From a virus (lineage: Duplodnaviria > Caudoviricetes): a stretch of DNA of 60,283 nucleotides. The notes beneath the pieces were generated by a model. It did not search any database. It saw only the letters and a program-made list of their open reading frames with translations, and was not told the origin of the DNA. Below are positions 8,380-16,770 of the stretch, one piece after another; position 1 is the stretch's first letter; every line of letters begins with the position of its first letter. The stretch lies in IMG/VR virus record IMGVR_UViG_3300021086_000005, positions 1 through 60,283 of that record; one strand, given 5' to 3'. The position numbers and the translations under genes are program-made.

Positions 8380-8524
8380 AAACGGCCCAGAAGGACGAGT
8401 GACTCACTCCGCTCACTTGACTCACTTCTGGGCCGTTTCCGCAGGTCAGACCGAGTGAATGGGGCAAGTGACGCAATAAGTGGATTTCCACTTGCCTGCG
8501 GCCGACTCACTTGCGTGGCCACTT
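8380..8524. repeat. clt-like locus: GACTCACT(T) repeats plus 14-bp inverted repeat
   Basis: GACTCACT 8401, GCTCACTT 8411, GACTCACTT 8419 and 8504, CCACTT variants 8488 and 8519, inverted (A/G)AGTG(A/G) copies at 8397, 8453, 8466, 8478; IR 8380-8393/8425-8438. Confidence 0.7.
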
Positions 8525-8821
8525 CCGGGATTGGATGCACACAGTAACCGAGAACGATCGCCGATCAGGCCGGTGCAGCACACCAGCGGCGATGAGCACG
8601 ACCAGCACCGCCGGCAGGAGGACGGTGAGCCGGTACAGGACCGGGCCGGCCTGGGTCTCAGCGAGGGCCGACAGGAGCGCGAGGCAGGTGAGCCACGTGA
8701 AGACGATGCCGGCGAGCACGAGGAGTCGGACGTCGTTGGCCAGGCGTGCCCGCGTGTCTGGTTCGTTAGCGCGGCGTTTTCGCGTCTTGGATCTTGATAC
8801 GAGGCCCTGGCAGGGCTCTGA

Positions 8822-8857
8822 GCTCCTCCAGTTGGACTCGAACCAACAACCCTTCGG
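8822..8857 (-). other. attP: attP core = 3' half of a tRNA, most likely tRNA-Asn(GTT)
   Basis: Minus strand CCGAAGGGTTGTTGGTTCGAGTCCAACTGGAGGAGC: variable loop, T-arm GTTGG-TTCGAGT-CCAAC, acceptor 3' strand ending GGAG as in actinobacterial tRNA-Asn; ~140 nt past integrase stop. Confidence 0.8.
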
Positions 8858-8999
8858 GTTGAGGTCCATGATTCCCCTCAGTGTCGTCCGATGCCATGTA
8901 ATGCCCTTGAACTGCTATGGAGCAGGCTACCACCGTCTTGCCAATGTCATCCGGTGACGCTCATTACCCGTGGTTTCCGAGGCGTTTTCGCGTCTTTGA

Positions 9000-10208
9000 T
9001 CATGACTCTTCGGCCTCATCCAACATGCCCTCGAGCATCGCCGCGGTCGCCTCGTTCGCGATGCGCTTCGGGATGTAGTGCTTCTCCGCAACCGCCTTCG
9101 TGTTGCCGAGCTGGTTGGCCACGTCCGACACGCTCCCCCCGGCGCCGTCGATCACATGGGCCACGGTCTTGCGGAACACGTGCGACGTGACCCACGAATA
9201 GCCCGTCTCGTCGAACCCCTGCCGCAGCCGCTTCCCCGCGTTCGACGGATCCAGCCAGCCGCCATCCCAGGCCGGCCACAGCGCTCCCCCGCCGCTCGCC
9301 AGCTTCCGGCGGCGCCACATCGGCACCGACCACGCCGGCACCCGCAGCACCAAGCCAGCGGCGTTGCCCTTCCGCAGCCGTCGGCGCACGAGGCCCTGCC
9401 CGGTGACGCGGATGATGTGCCAGTCGATCCGCACGATCCGCTCGGCCGGATCGACCTCGTCACCGGAGAGGGCGAGCAGTTCGCCGATCCGGATCCCGGT
9501 GGCCAGCATCCCCTCGTACTGGTCGGGCAGGTCGGTCCACACGTCGACCCGCTTGGCCATCGACCGACCGAGTTCGTCGTGGGCCTTGGTCGCGGCGAAC
9601 GCCTGAAGCTTGAGGTACAGGTCGCGGCGCTGCTCGGCGTCCAGCGCCCGCACCTCCTTGGCCTCGCCGCGGGGGATCCGCGCGACCGACCGGACCGGGT
9701 TGTGGGTCAGCGCGCCGTGGCGCACGGCGAAGTCGCACACCGACGACAACACGCTGCGCACCGTCTTGGCGGTGTCGGCGCTCCGCTTGTCGTGCGCCCG
9801 TTTGATCATGGTGTCGCAGGTGCCGGCGCTGATCTCGGCGTCGCTGGTGAGTAGCTCCCCCATCGCCGGGATGATCCAGTTGTTCAGCGCGCCCCGGTAG
9901 ACACGGGCGGTGGCGGGCGAAGTGTCGCCGAGCCGGGAGGCGCGCTCGACCTCCTCGTGCCACCGGTCGCACACGAACGCGAACCGGCTGCGGGAGGTGA
10001 TCGTGCCGCTGGTGACTTCGTCGGTGAGCGTCGCGAGGGCTTTCTTGATGGCGCGTTCGGCGGCGGCGCGGGTTGTGCCGGCGCGGCGGACGTGTTTGAT
10101 CGCGCCGCTGCGGACCCGGAATCGGCAGCGTGCTTCCCACCGTTTCGGGCCAATTTGGACGTAGGTGATGTTGCCGGCGGTGCCGATGGGGAGCGGGGGC
10201 CTGGCCAT
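9000..10208 (-). CDS. int: Tyrosine integrase
   Basis: TGIRIGELLAL, SHVFRKT, QLGN, EKHY catalytic motifs; N-terminal arm-binding domain. Confidence 0.95.
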   Translation of the reverse strand: MARPPLPIGTAGNITYVQIGPKRWEARCRFRVRSGAIKHVRRAGTTRAAAERAIKKALATLTDEVTSGTITSRSRFAFVCDRWHEEVERASRLGDTSPATARVYRGALNNWIIPAMGELLTSDAEISAGTCDTMIKRAHDKRSADTAKTVRSVLSSVCDFAVRHGALTHNPVRSVARIPRGEAKEVRALDAEQRRDLYLKLQAFAATKAHDELGRSMAKRVDVWTDLPDQYEGMLATGIRIGELLALSGDEVDPAERIVRIDWHIIRVTGQGLVRRRLRKGNAAGLVLRVPAWSVPMWRRRKLASGGGALWPAWDGGWLDPSNAGKRLRQGFDETGYSWVTSHVFRKTVAHVIDGAGGSVSDVANQLGNTKAVAEKHYIPKRIANEATAAMLEGMLDEAEES

Positions 10209-10278
10209 TCGATCTGTCCCTCAGACTGGAGCGAGTTGCCGGCCAGCGGCCCGGGGTCCTGGGGCCGCTGGCCGGCGT

Positions 10279-10560
10279 CTAGTGGTCGCTGTCGGCGTTT
10301 GATCGGAGGCCGCGGAGGCGCTGCTCCGCGTGCTGCTGGCGGACCTCCTGGTTCGCTAGGGCGGTTGCGTCGGCGATCTCGTGGGTGTGGATGATTAACC
10401 AGGCCAGCCACGTCGCGGCGGCGATGACGATTAGGCAGACGGCGGGCACATTCCAACGCGGTATTGGGTCGGTGAAATCGATCGCCAGCACGATGGCTGC
10501 TACCGTAGTTGATGCGATTGCGACTGCACGAGCGACGCTGCTGCGTCGGTGTCTGCCCAT
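10279..10560 (-). CDS. Two-TM membrane protein between repressor and integrase
   Basis: GGAGGA RBS before ATG10560; two hydrophobic helices. Confidence 0.6.
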   Translation of the reverse strand: MGRHRRSSVARAVAIASTTVAAIVLAIDFTDPIPRWNVPAVCLIVIAAATWLAWLIIHTHEIADATALANQEVRQQHAEQRLRGLRSNADSDH

Positions 10561-10679
10561 GTGACCGTCCTCCTGGGTAGTCCTCGTCTTCGCCGCCTCC
10601 ACGTGGCATGTTTCCGATCGCGTCACCCGTTAGCAGTCTTACTGGCGAGTAGACACCCGAAGGGCGTAGGGGTCGGTCA

Positions 10680-11102
10680 CTAGTTTTCGGGCCGATCGGA
10701 CGTACGGGACTTAGGCCGAACGCGGATACTGTTGAGCACCCGGATGCGTGCCTCGAGTAGGCGATCGGCCATGTCGAGTCCGTAACTCTCCGTGTCGACG
10801 ATATGGAGTTCATCGAGGATCGCGGCGGCCGGGTCGACAAAAGCGGGTCCTGGTTCGGCAGTCGCTGTCGGTTCTCGACCGGCCAGCACGGCACGCATAC
10901 TGCCTGGCACCCAGGCGAGCGCTCGCTCGATCTTTCCCCGGGTGGCACTGGAGACGCGTTCGCCTCGCTCCAGTCGTCCGATGGTCTTTGCTGAAACGCC
11001 GGCCGCAGCAGCGAGTTCTTCCTGCGTGTCGTAGCCGAGCGCGGTGCGCCGACTGATCACGTAGTCCGCGAGCCGGCGAGGGTCCTGACCGGTCATGGGC
11101 AT
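10680..11102 (-). CDS. Immunity repressor (XRE HTH)
   Basis: TQEELAAAAGVSAKTIGRLERGE; divergent from cro. Confidence 0.85.
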   Translation of the reverse strand: MPMTGQDPRRLADYVISRRTALGYDTQEELAAAAGVSAKTIGRLERGERVSSATRGKIERALAWVPGSMRAVLAGREPTATAEPGPAFVDPAAAILDELHIVDTESYGLDMADRLLEARIRVLNSIRVRPKSRTSDRPEN

Positions 11103-11196
11103 GGCCGTCCTATTGGGTCCTTACCTGTCCGCTGCCTACTGTCTCAGAGACGCACCGTGGTCAGTCAAGTTGCGTCCGTAACAGTCTGAATCTGGG

Positions 11197-11225
11197 TTGT
11201 TAAAAGTCCGAAACTGTCCTACGCT
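11197..11225 (+). promoter_or_regulatory. Early lytic promoter, probably leaderless into cro
   Basis: TTGTTA-17 nt-TACGCT, ATG11233 seven nt downstream. Confidence 0.55.
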
Positions 11226-11232
11226 GACCCCC

Positions 11233-11493
11233 ATGCCGAAACCAGCGGGTTCAGTGATCCGCTCCCTACGCCAGCAGCGCGGCATCAAGACGGGCGCGCT
11301 CGCGACACGGCTGGGGATCACTCGACAGCACATGACCAACATCGAATCCGGCTGGAGCACCTCCGCTTCCATCGAACTGCTCAACCGGATGGCAGAAGTG
11401 CTGAACGTTGAGGCCAGCGCCCTAGTGGAGCCGGACCCGGGCGGCCGGGATCACGACACGCCGGACCCGGGCGACTCGGCGCTGGCCTCATGA
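11233..11493 (+). CDS. Cro-like HTH protein
   Basis: IKTGALATRLGITRQHMTNIESG. Confidence 0.8.
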   Translation: MPKPAGSVIRSLRQQRGIKTGALATRLGITRQHMTNIESGWSTSASIELLNRMAEVLNVEASALVEPDPGGRDHDTPDPGDSALAS

Positions 11494-11711
11494 GCGAATC
11501 AGTGGACATCGCTGACCCGGCCGTCCGGCGCCGCGCCTGGTCGCCCAGAGAGGTCGCCGCCCAACTCGGCATCAAATACAAGTCGGTGCTGCGCCTGATC
11601 CAGTCCGGCGACCTGGGCGCCCTGAAGGTCGGGCAGCACTACATCGTCCCGGACGTCGCACTGGAGCGCTACCTACGCTCCGCGCGGCCCGATGCGCGGG
11701 ACGCCTCGTGA
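11490..11711 (+). CDS. xis: Excisionase (HTH_17-like)
   Basis: WSPREVAAQLGIKYKSVLRLIQSGDLGALKVGQHYIVP. Confidence 0.85.
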   Translation: MSESVDIADPAVRRRAWSPREVAAQLGIKYKSVLRLIQSGDLGALKVGQHYIVPDVALERYLRSARPDARDAS

Positions 11712-11842
11712 CCGGCCAGGGCGACGACGAACTCCTCCAGCGCGTCACCGAACTCACCGACACCGCGAAGGAACGAGCCGCGCGGGACAAGGCCGCCGAG
11801 AAGGCCCGTGACGCGGTGCAGGACCAGCACGGAAAGAGATAA
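11708..11842 (+). CDS. 44-aa charged peptide
   Basis: GTGA overlap with xis; manual translation. Confidence 0.45.
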   Translation: MTGQGDDELLQRVTELTDTAKERAARDKAAEKARDAVQDQHGKR

Positions 11843-11913
11843 CCCACAAGCGCGGCCCGCCTCCTCTTGCAGGAGTCGGCGGGCCGCTGACCACCACGGA
11901 GGAGCAACTCCAG

Positions 11914-12084
11914 ATGGCTGACAAGAAGGTACCGCCCAAGTCCAGCAAGGCAACCAGCGTGCCGCCCCCGAAGACCAAGTACATCCCGCCGCACGAGGAG
12001 GTCTGGAGCGATGCGACGCAAGCCGCGGTCGACCGGCACCTCCACGGTGCCCCCGACAACGACCGCCGAGCAGGTGACCGGTGA
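11914..12084 (+). CDS. 56-aa hypothetical protein
   Basis: GGAGGAG RBS; TGATG coupling to next gene. Confidence 0.5.
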   Translation: MADKKVPPKSSKATSVPPPKTKYIPPHEEVWSDATQAAVDRHLHGAPDNDRRAGDR

Positions 12085-12230
12085 TGGCCAAGGACAAGGA
12101 CAAGGCCGCGCAGGTCCATCGGGACGCCGTGAAGGACGCCTTCGCGAAACGGGAGTCAGCAGCGGCGCACGACCGGGGCGTGGCCGAGCGGCTGGCGAAG
12201 GTCATCAAGGAAGAAGCCGAGAAGAACTGA
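12084..12230 (+). CDS. 48-aa charged peptide
   Basis: MAKDKDKAAQVHRDAVKD...; coupled start. Confidence 0.5.
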   Translation: MAKDKDKAAQVHRDAVKDAFAKRESAAAHDRGVAERLAKVIKEEAEKN

Positions 12231-12244
12231 CCTGAAACGAGTAC

Positions 12245-12272
12245 GGGGCCAGTGCCCTCAGCACTGGCCCCG
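12245..12272. terminator. GC hairpin in early operon
   Basis: CGGGGCCAGTGC-CCTCA-GCACTGGCCCCG. Confidence 0.55.
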
Positions 12273-12295
12273 CCGAACACCTGAAAGGACCCGGA

Positions 12296-12739
12296 ATGTC
12301 CGACCTCGATCTTACCATCGCTACCCGGTGGACCCGGTCGCTGTGCAATCACGCCGACCAACACGGCCTGGGGAACACGCTTTCTTCGATCAAGCCGCCG
12401 CAGTATGACTACGACAAGCCCCACGTCCAGATCTACCCGCACGCCGATGCCAGCCACCTCGCGGCGCTCGTGCGGTGGCTCCCGACCCTCGCGAACGTGG
12501 TCGTCACAGTCACCTGGGCGGAAGAGCGGAACCTGCACCTGCTCGCGACCGGCGCGATGGACGACGAGGCCGTGACCGGTGTCGTGGCTCTGCTCGACGG
12601 TGCGGACCGCGAGTTGGTCGAAGCGAACTGCGCGGCCGGTAAGGGCGACGAGATCCCGGTGGAGTTGTTGCTGTCGTTGGTGTCCGCGTCCGCCGCCGAG
12701 TCCCGCACCGACGACACCACCCTGGCCGGTGTGTCGTGA
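12296..12739 (+). CDS. Hypothetical protein
   Basis: GAAAGGA RBS; operon packing. Confidence 0.65.
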   Translation: MSDLDLTIATRWTRSLCNHADQHGLGNTLSSIKPPQYDYDKPHVQIYPHADASHLAALVRWLPTLANVVVTVTWAEERNLHLLATGAMDDEAVTGVVALLDGADRELVEANCAAGKGDEIPVELLLSLVSASAAESRTDDTTLAGVS

Positions 12740-12969
12740 TCGACCCGCTGCAAGGACTCATCGAGATGTTCGGCGCGGCCAACGTGGTCATCATCGGCGA
12801 GCACCCCGCGACGCACTTCCACCACGCCGGCGAGACCGACGATCTGGTGATCGGTCACTACATCGATGACGACCCGAGCACGGGTGTCGTGGTGGCAACG
12901 GATTCCGCAGGCATCGAGTGTCCTGTGGCTGCGTCAGTGCTCGTGCCGTGGACCGGAGGTGTGTCGTGA
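12736..12969 (+). CDS. Hypothetical protein
   Basis: GTGA overlaps at both ends. Confidence 0.6.
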   Translation: MIDPLQGLIEMFGAANVVIIGEHPATHFHHAGETDDLVIGHYIDDDPSTGVVVATDSAGIECPVAASVLVPWTGGVS

Positions 12970-13259
12970 GCGACTTCGACTACGGCCCGATCCAGACCTA
13001 CGAGATCACCTGGAAGTCCGGCCACATCGAGACCATCCAAGCGCACCAGGTCGCCTGGCCATTCGGCGACAGCGGCTTCTTCATCGGCGCCGCGCTGGGT
13101 GTAGCCACCAAGGACGAGCCGCGCATCCGATTCCACGGCGAGTTCGACGGGCACTGGAGGCTCGTACTGGACGCACCGGTCGACGAGATCCACACGATTC
13201 GGCTGCTGCCGCAGGTGGTTGAGTCGATTCCGACCGACAAGACGGAGGTCGTGTCGTGA
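12966..13259 (+). CDS. Hypothetical protein
   Basis: GGAGG RBS + GTGA overlap. Confidence 0.65.
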   Translation: MSDFDYGPIQTYEITWKSGHIETIQAHQVAWPFGDSGFFIGAALGVATKDEPRIRFHGEFDGHWRLVLDAPVDEIHTIRLLPQVVESIPTDKTEVVS

Positions 13260-13759
13260 TCATCGGTATCACCACCGTGCACGCCGGGGACCTCCTGTTC
13301 TGGGGATTCCTCGCGGTCGGACTGTGGCTGCTGGGTCATCTCGGCCGGCGCCTGATCGACCTGTGGATCGACAGCATGGCCCGCCAGTCCACGATGGACC
13401 AGCACGCCGCCGACGCGCTCCAGCTGGCCGCCAAGTCGCCGTACGTGGGGTTCGACGACCCGCCGGAGATCGCACCCGAGGACGAGCCGTCGTGGGGCGG
13501 GAAGGCCCCGCACGACTCGGGAGTGCGGCACCTGTTCGGGCTGCACGAGCCATCCGTGGTGCTCGGCGGGAACCCCGCGCGGCTCGACATGACCGGCCTG
13601 ACGCCGGCCAACGGTGTGCTGCTCACCGCGACACCACCCGAGACTGAAGCCGAGACCAGCGGCCGGCACGCCCTCACCGAATCGATGCCTGCCGTGGTGG
13701 ACGACGACCCGGCTATGGCTGCCCTGGCAGTCGTGTCCGGTGGGGACGGTACGACGTGA
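13256..13759 (+). CDS. Membrane-anchored hypothetical protein
   Basis: N-terminal TM helix; GTGA overlap. Confidence 0.6.
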   Translation: MIIGITTVHAGDLLFWGFLAVGLWLLGHLGRRLIDLWIDSMARQSTMDQHAADALQLAAKSPYVGFDDPPEIAPEDEPSWGGKAPHDSGVRHLFGLHEPSVVLGGNPARLDMTGLTPANGVLLTATPPETEAETSGRHALTESMPAVVDDDPAMAALAVVSGGDGTT

Positions 13760-14136
13760 CGCTGGACGCCTTCCCGCGACGGTCCTTCCCGTGCGACGAA
13801 TGCCCGATCCGCGCGGACAACGCCGACAACCCCAAGTCGAAGTTCCCGGCCGGCCGCTGGGAAGCCCTGTCCGTGAGTGTCAACGCCCCGCAGTTCGGCG
13901 AGACGATGTTCGGGTGCCACAAGGGCGCTCCGGGCACGGATGAGGATCTGGCGTGTGCTGGCTGGCTCGTCCAGTTCGGCGGCGGCCATCCCACGGTCCG
14001 GCTGGCCGTGGTCACCGGTCGGCTGCCGGTCGAGGCGCTGTCGCCGGGCGCGAACTGGCCGCCGCTGCACGAGTCGTGGGCGGCTGTGGTCGAGGCTCAG
14101 ACCTCCGGACCGGGCGACTTGGAGGAGGCGTCGTGA
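13756..14136 (+). CDS. DUF6283-like Cys-rich protein
   Basis: PCDECPIRAD, FGCHKG, ACAGWL motifs. Confidence 0.7.
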   Translation: MTLDAFPRRSFPCDECPIRADNADNPKSKFPAGRWEALSVSVNAPQFGETMFGCHKGAPGTDEDLACAGWLVQFGGGHPTVRLAVVTGRLPVEALSPGANWPPLHESWAAVVEAQTSGPGDLEEAS

Positions 14137-14351
14137 ACCTTCCCCTTCCCGGTGCCATCGTGCGGGTCGACGCCACCATCGAAGACCACCACATCGACGA
14201 CTGTGCCGTGATCGAGCACGTCCACACGCGGCACGGTGAGTTGTGGGTCGAGCTGCTGCCGTGGATCGAGCGGTGGTCTTACGGGGACTCGGTCATCGTG
14301 CGGGCGTCTGCTGTTCAGGTGATCGCTGGACGACCGGAGGTGGCCCGGTGA
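14133..14351 (+). CDS. Hypothetical protein
   Basis: GGAGG RBS + GTGA overlap. Confidence 0.55.
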   Translation: MNLPLPGAIVRVDATIEDHHIDDCAVIEHVHTRHGELWVELLPWIERWSYGDSVIVRASAVQVIAGRPEVAR

Positions 14352-14508
14352 CCGGAGTCGTGATCGCTACTGTCGCCGGCTCCGTCATCGGCGCGTTCTG
14401 GTGGCTGGTGGAGCAGTACGGCGGTGTCCAGATCCGCTCATCGCGACGACCTGTTGAGCCGCTGCACGAGGCACAGCACCGGGTGAGCGACAGCGGGGAG
14501 CGGGGCTG

Positions 14509-14991
14509 ATGTCCATTTATGGGTCCACGTGGGACACCGACGCCGACGACCACGAACAGGATTGTGCACGGTGGGTCGAGTGCAGTTGTCCCGACTCGCG
14601 TACCGCTCACGGTCGGTGGATGGGCGGCAACGACGGCCGGCACTGGCGCTACGACGGAAACCTTCCCTGCTCGTGCCTTTGCGGGCCGATCGTCTACCAG
14701 GGCAGCCACATCCTGCCGTCCGATGAGGATCGACGTGGTGGCTCGTTCGGGTTCGGGGAGATCGCCGGCTTTATCACCCGCGACGGACGGGATGACGGCC
14801 CGGAGGACGAGGACCAGCCGTGGCCCTACCTGCGGGTCACGATGCACACGGAGGACATCGACGAGCCGCAGGATGTGGTGCTCGACGGACCGCTGATTGA
14901 GTCCTTGACGGACTACCTCGTGGCTTTCCGGGAGCGTCGACACGGACAGGCGCCGTCTGGGGACGTGTACCCGCTGGCGGTGCCGCAGTGA
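14509..14991 (+). CDS. Hypothetical phage protein
   Basis: MSIYGS... ORF overlapping methyltransferase start. Confidence 0.65.
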   Translation: MSIYGSTWDTDADDHEQDCARWVECSCPDSRTAHGRWMGGNDGRHWRYDGNLPCSCLCGPIVYQGSHILPSDEDRRGGSFGFGEIAGFITRDGRDDGPEDEDQPWPYLRVTMHTEDIDEPQDVVLDGPLIESLTDYLVAFRERRHGQAPSGDVYPLAVPQ

Positions 14992-16511
14992 TCACCGTGA
15001 CGGACCTGTTCTGCGGTGCCGGGGGTTCCGGTCTCGGCGCGACCAGCGTGTCCGGTGTCCAGCTCGTCATGGCTGCGAACCACTCGCCGCGCGCTATCGA
15101 GACCCATCAGCTCAACTTTCCGGCCACCGACCATGACTGCGCGGACATCTCCCAGGTCAACCCGCACCGCTACCAGTGGACGAACATCCTGTGGGCGTCA
15201 CCGGAGTGCACGAACCACTCCGTCGCCAAGGGCCGCAAGACATCGGCACAGCAAGCCGGACTGTTCGGCAACGACGACACCGCACTGGCCGAGCGAAGCC
15301 GATCAACGATGTGGGACGTTCCCCGATTCGCGGAGGTACACAGATACGACGCGGTGATCGTCGAGAACGTGGTCGACGCCGCGAACTGGCTGCCGTTCAA
15401 GGCGTGGCTCATGTCAATGGATGCGCTCGGCTACGACCACCACATCGTCTACCTCAACTCGATGCACGCTCCCGCGATCAACGCACCGCGGGCGCCGCAG
15501 TCGAGGGACCGCATGTACGTGTGCTTCTGGCGCAAGGGCAACCGCGCGCCGGATCTCGACGTCCGGCCGGCTGCGTGGTGCGACGAGTGCGGTGTCGAGG
15601 TCCGGGCTGTCCAGTCGTGGAAGCGCGGCACCCGGTGGGGCCGTTACCGCGCGCAGTACGTGTACCGGTGCCCTTCGATCGCGTGCCGGCACGCGATCGT
15701 GGAGCCCTACGTCCTTCCCGCCGCCGCGGCGATCGACTGGTCCCTGACCGGGCAGCGGATCGGCGACCGGCTCAAGCCGTTGGCGCCGGCCACGCTCGCG
15801 CGGATCGAGGCCGGCCTGAAGCGGTACGCGACGGCTCAGCTCGTGCCGGCCGGCGGGACGTGGAATCAGACCGCGCAGCCGGTGGACTGGCCGATGCGGA
15901 CCCGCACCACGCGGGAGACGGACGGCCTACTGGTGCCTGTCGAGGGACGCCGAGGGGTCGCGGCCGGCCCGGTGGAGCGTCCGATGCGGACGCAGACCAC
16001 GCGTCATCAGGATGCGTTGGTAGTGCCGTACTACTCGGCCGCCGCCACGGCCGCGCCGTCGTCGGAGCCGTTCGGCGCGCTGACGACCCGCGACCGGTAC
16101 GGGCTGGCGTTCGTCGCAGAGTTGCGCGGCGGGGGTTCGACCGCTCGCGATGTGCGGGAGCCGCTGTCCACTGTGTGCGCATCCGGGAACCACCACATGC
16201 TGGTCCGGCAGAACACGCCGCGCGGCGATCCCGGCCAGATGTGCACGCCGGTCACTGAGCCGGCCCGGACGATCACGACCGCCGGCCACCAGTCCCTCGT
16301 CGGGTGGCCACACGAGGTGCCCGATGTGGACGACTGCCGGTTCCGGATGCTGGCTGTCCCGGAGATCCAGGCGGCCATGGCGTTCACGCCGGAGTACGTC
16401 GTGGTCGGCAGCAAGCGGGAGCAGGTCAAGCAGCTCGGGAACGGTGTCACGCCGCCGGCGGCCGAGTTCCTGATCCGCGCGATGGTCGAGTCGCTGGGAG
16501 CTGCGTCGTGA
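14988..16511 (+). CDS. DNA (cytosine-5) methyltransferase
   Basis: DLFCGAGG (motif I), ASPEC (IV), VENV (VI), QSRDR (VIII), QLGNGV (X). Confidence 0.95.
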   Translation: MITVTDLFCGAGGSGLGATSVSGVQLVMAANHSPRAIETHQLNFPATDHDCADISQVNPHRYQWTNILWASPECTNHSVAKGRKTSAQQAGLFGNDDTALAERSRSTMWDVPRFAEVHRYDAVIVENVVDAANWLPFKAWLMSMDALGYDHHIVYLNSMHAPAINAPRAPQSRDRMYVCFWRKGNRAPDLDVRPAAWCDECGVEVRAVQSWKRGTRWGRYRAQYVYRCPSIACRHAIVEPYVLPAAAAIDWSLTGQRIGDRLKPLAPATLARIEAGLKRYATAQLVPAGGTWNQTAQPVDWPMRTRTTRETDGLLVPVEGRRGVAAGPVERPMRTQTTRHQDALVVPYYSAAATAAPSSEPFGALTTRDRYGLAFVAELRGGGSTARDVREPLSTVCASGNHHMLVRQNTPRGDPGQMCTPVTEPARTITTAGHQSLVGWPHEVPDVDDCRFRMLAVPEIQAAMAFTPEYVVVGSKREQVKQLGNGVTPPAAEFLIRAMVESLGAAS

Positions 16512-16567
16512 TCACGGGCATGGCCACGGCGCCCGACGTGGTGTCCGGGCGCCGTGGGGTAGAGAGG

Positions 16568-16705
16568 TCAGAAGATCGGCTGAATGTCCTCATCGGTCGC
16601 CGTAGCTTCGACTGCCTCCGTGGGCACGGACACGGTCGTCAGGATGTTGCTGGCGTCGTAGATCGCGTCGCTGACGGTGTTGGTGAAGGTGCGGTTCGCG
16701 GTCAT
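16568..16705 (-). CDS. 45-aa peptide with its own consensus promoter
   Basis: GGAGGA RBS, MTANRTFTNTVSDAIYDAS...QPIF*. Confidence 0.55.
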   Translation of the reverse strand: MTANRTFTNTVSDAIYDASNILTTVSVPTEAVEATATDEDIQPIF

Positions 16706-16735
16706 GGTGTCCTCCGTGGCTCTCGGTATGGACTG

Positions 16736-16764
16736 AGCGTATGCCTACGCCGTAGGCATGTCAA
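16736..16764 (-). promoter_or_regulatory. Sigma70-type promoter with palindromic operator in the spacer
   Basis: TTGACA-17-TACGCT on minus strand; ATGCCTACG-C-CGTAGGCAT at 16741-16759. Confidence 0.8.
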
Positions 16765-16770
16765 GGGCCG

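Noticed and set aside
8380-8524. CRISPR mini-array
   Set aside because: Repeats are 6-9 nt, mixed orientation, irregular spacing, and no cas genes.
8790-8900. Complete tRNA gene
   Set aside because: Only the 3' half is present; no D-arm or 5' acceptor strand upstream.
11430-11473. GCCGGACCCGGGCG duplicated in cro 3' end
   Set aside because: Only two GC-rich copies encoding PDPG; no supportable function.
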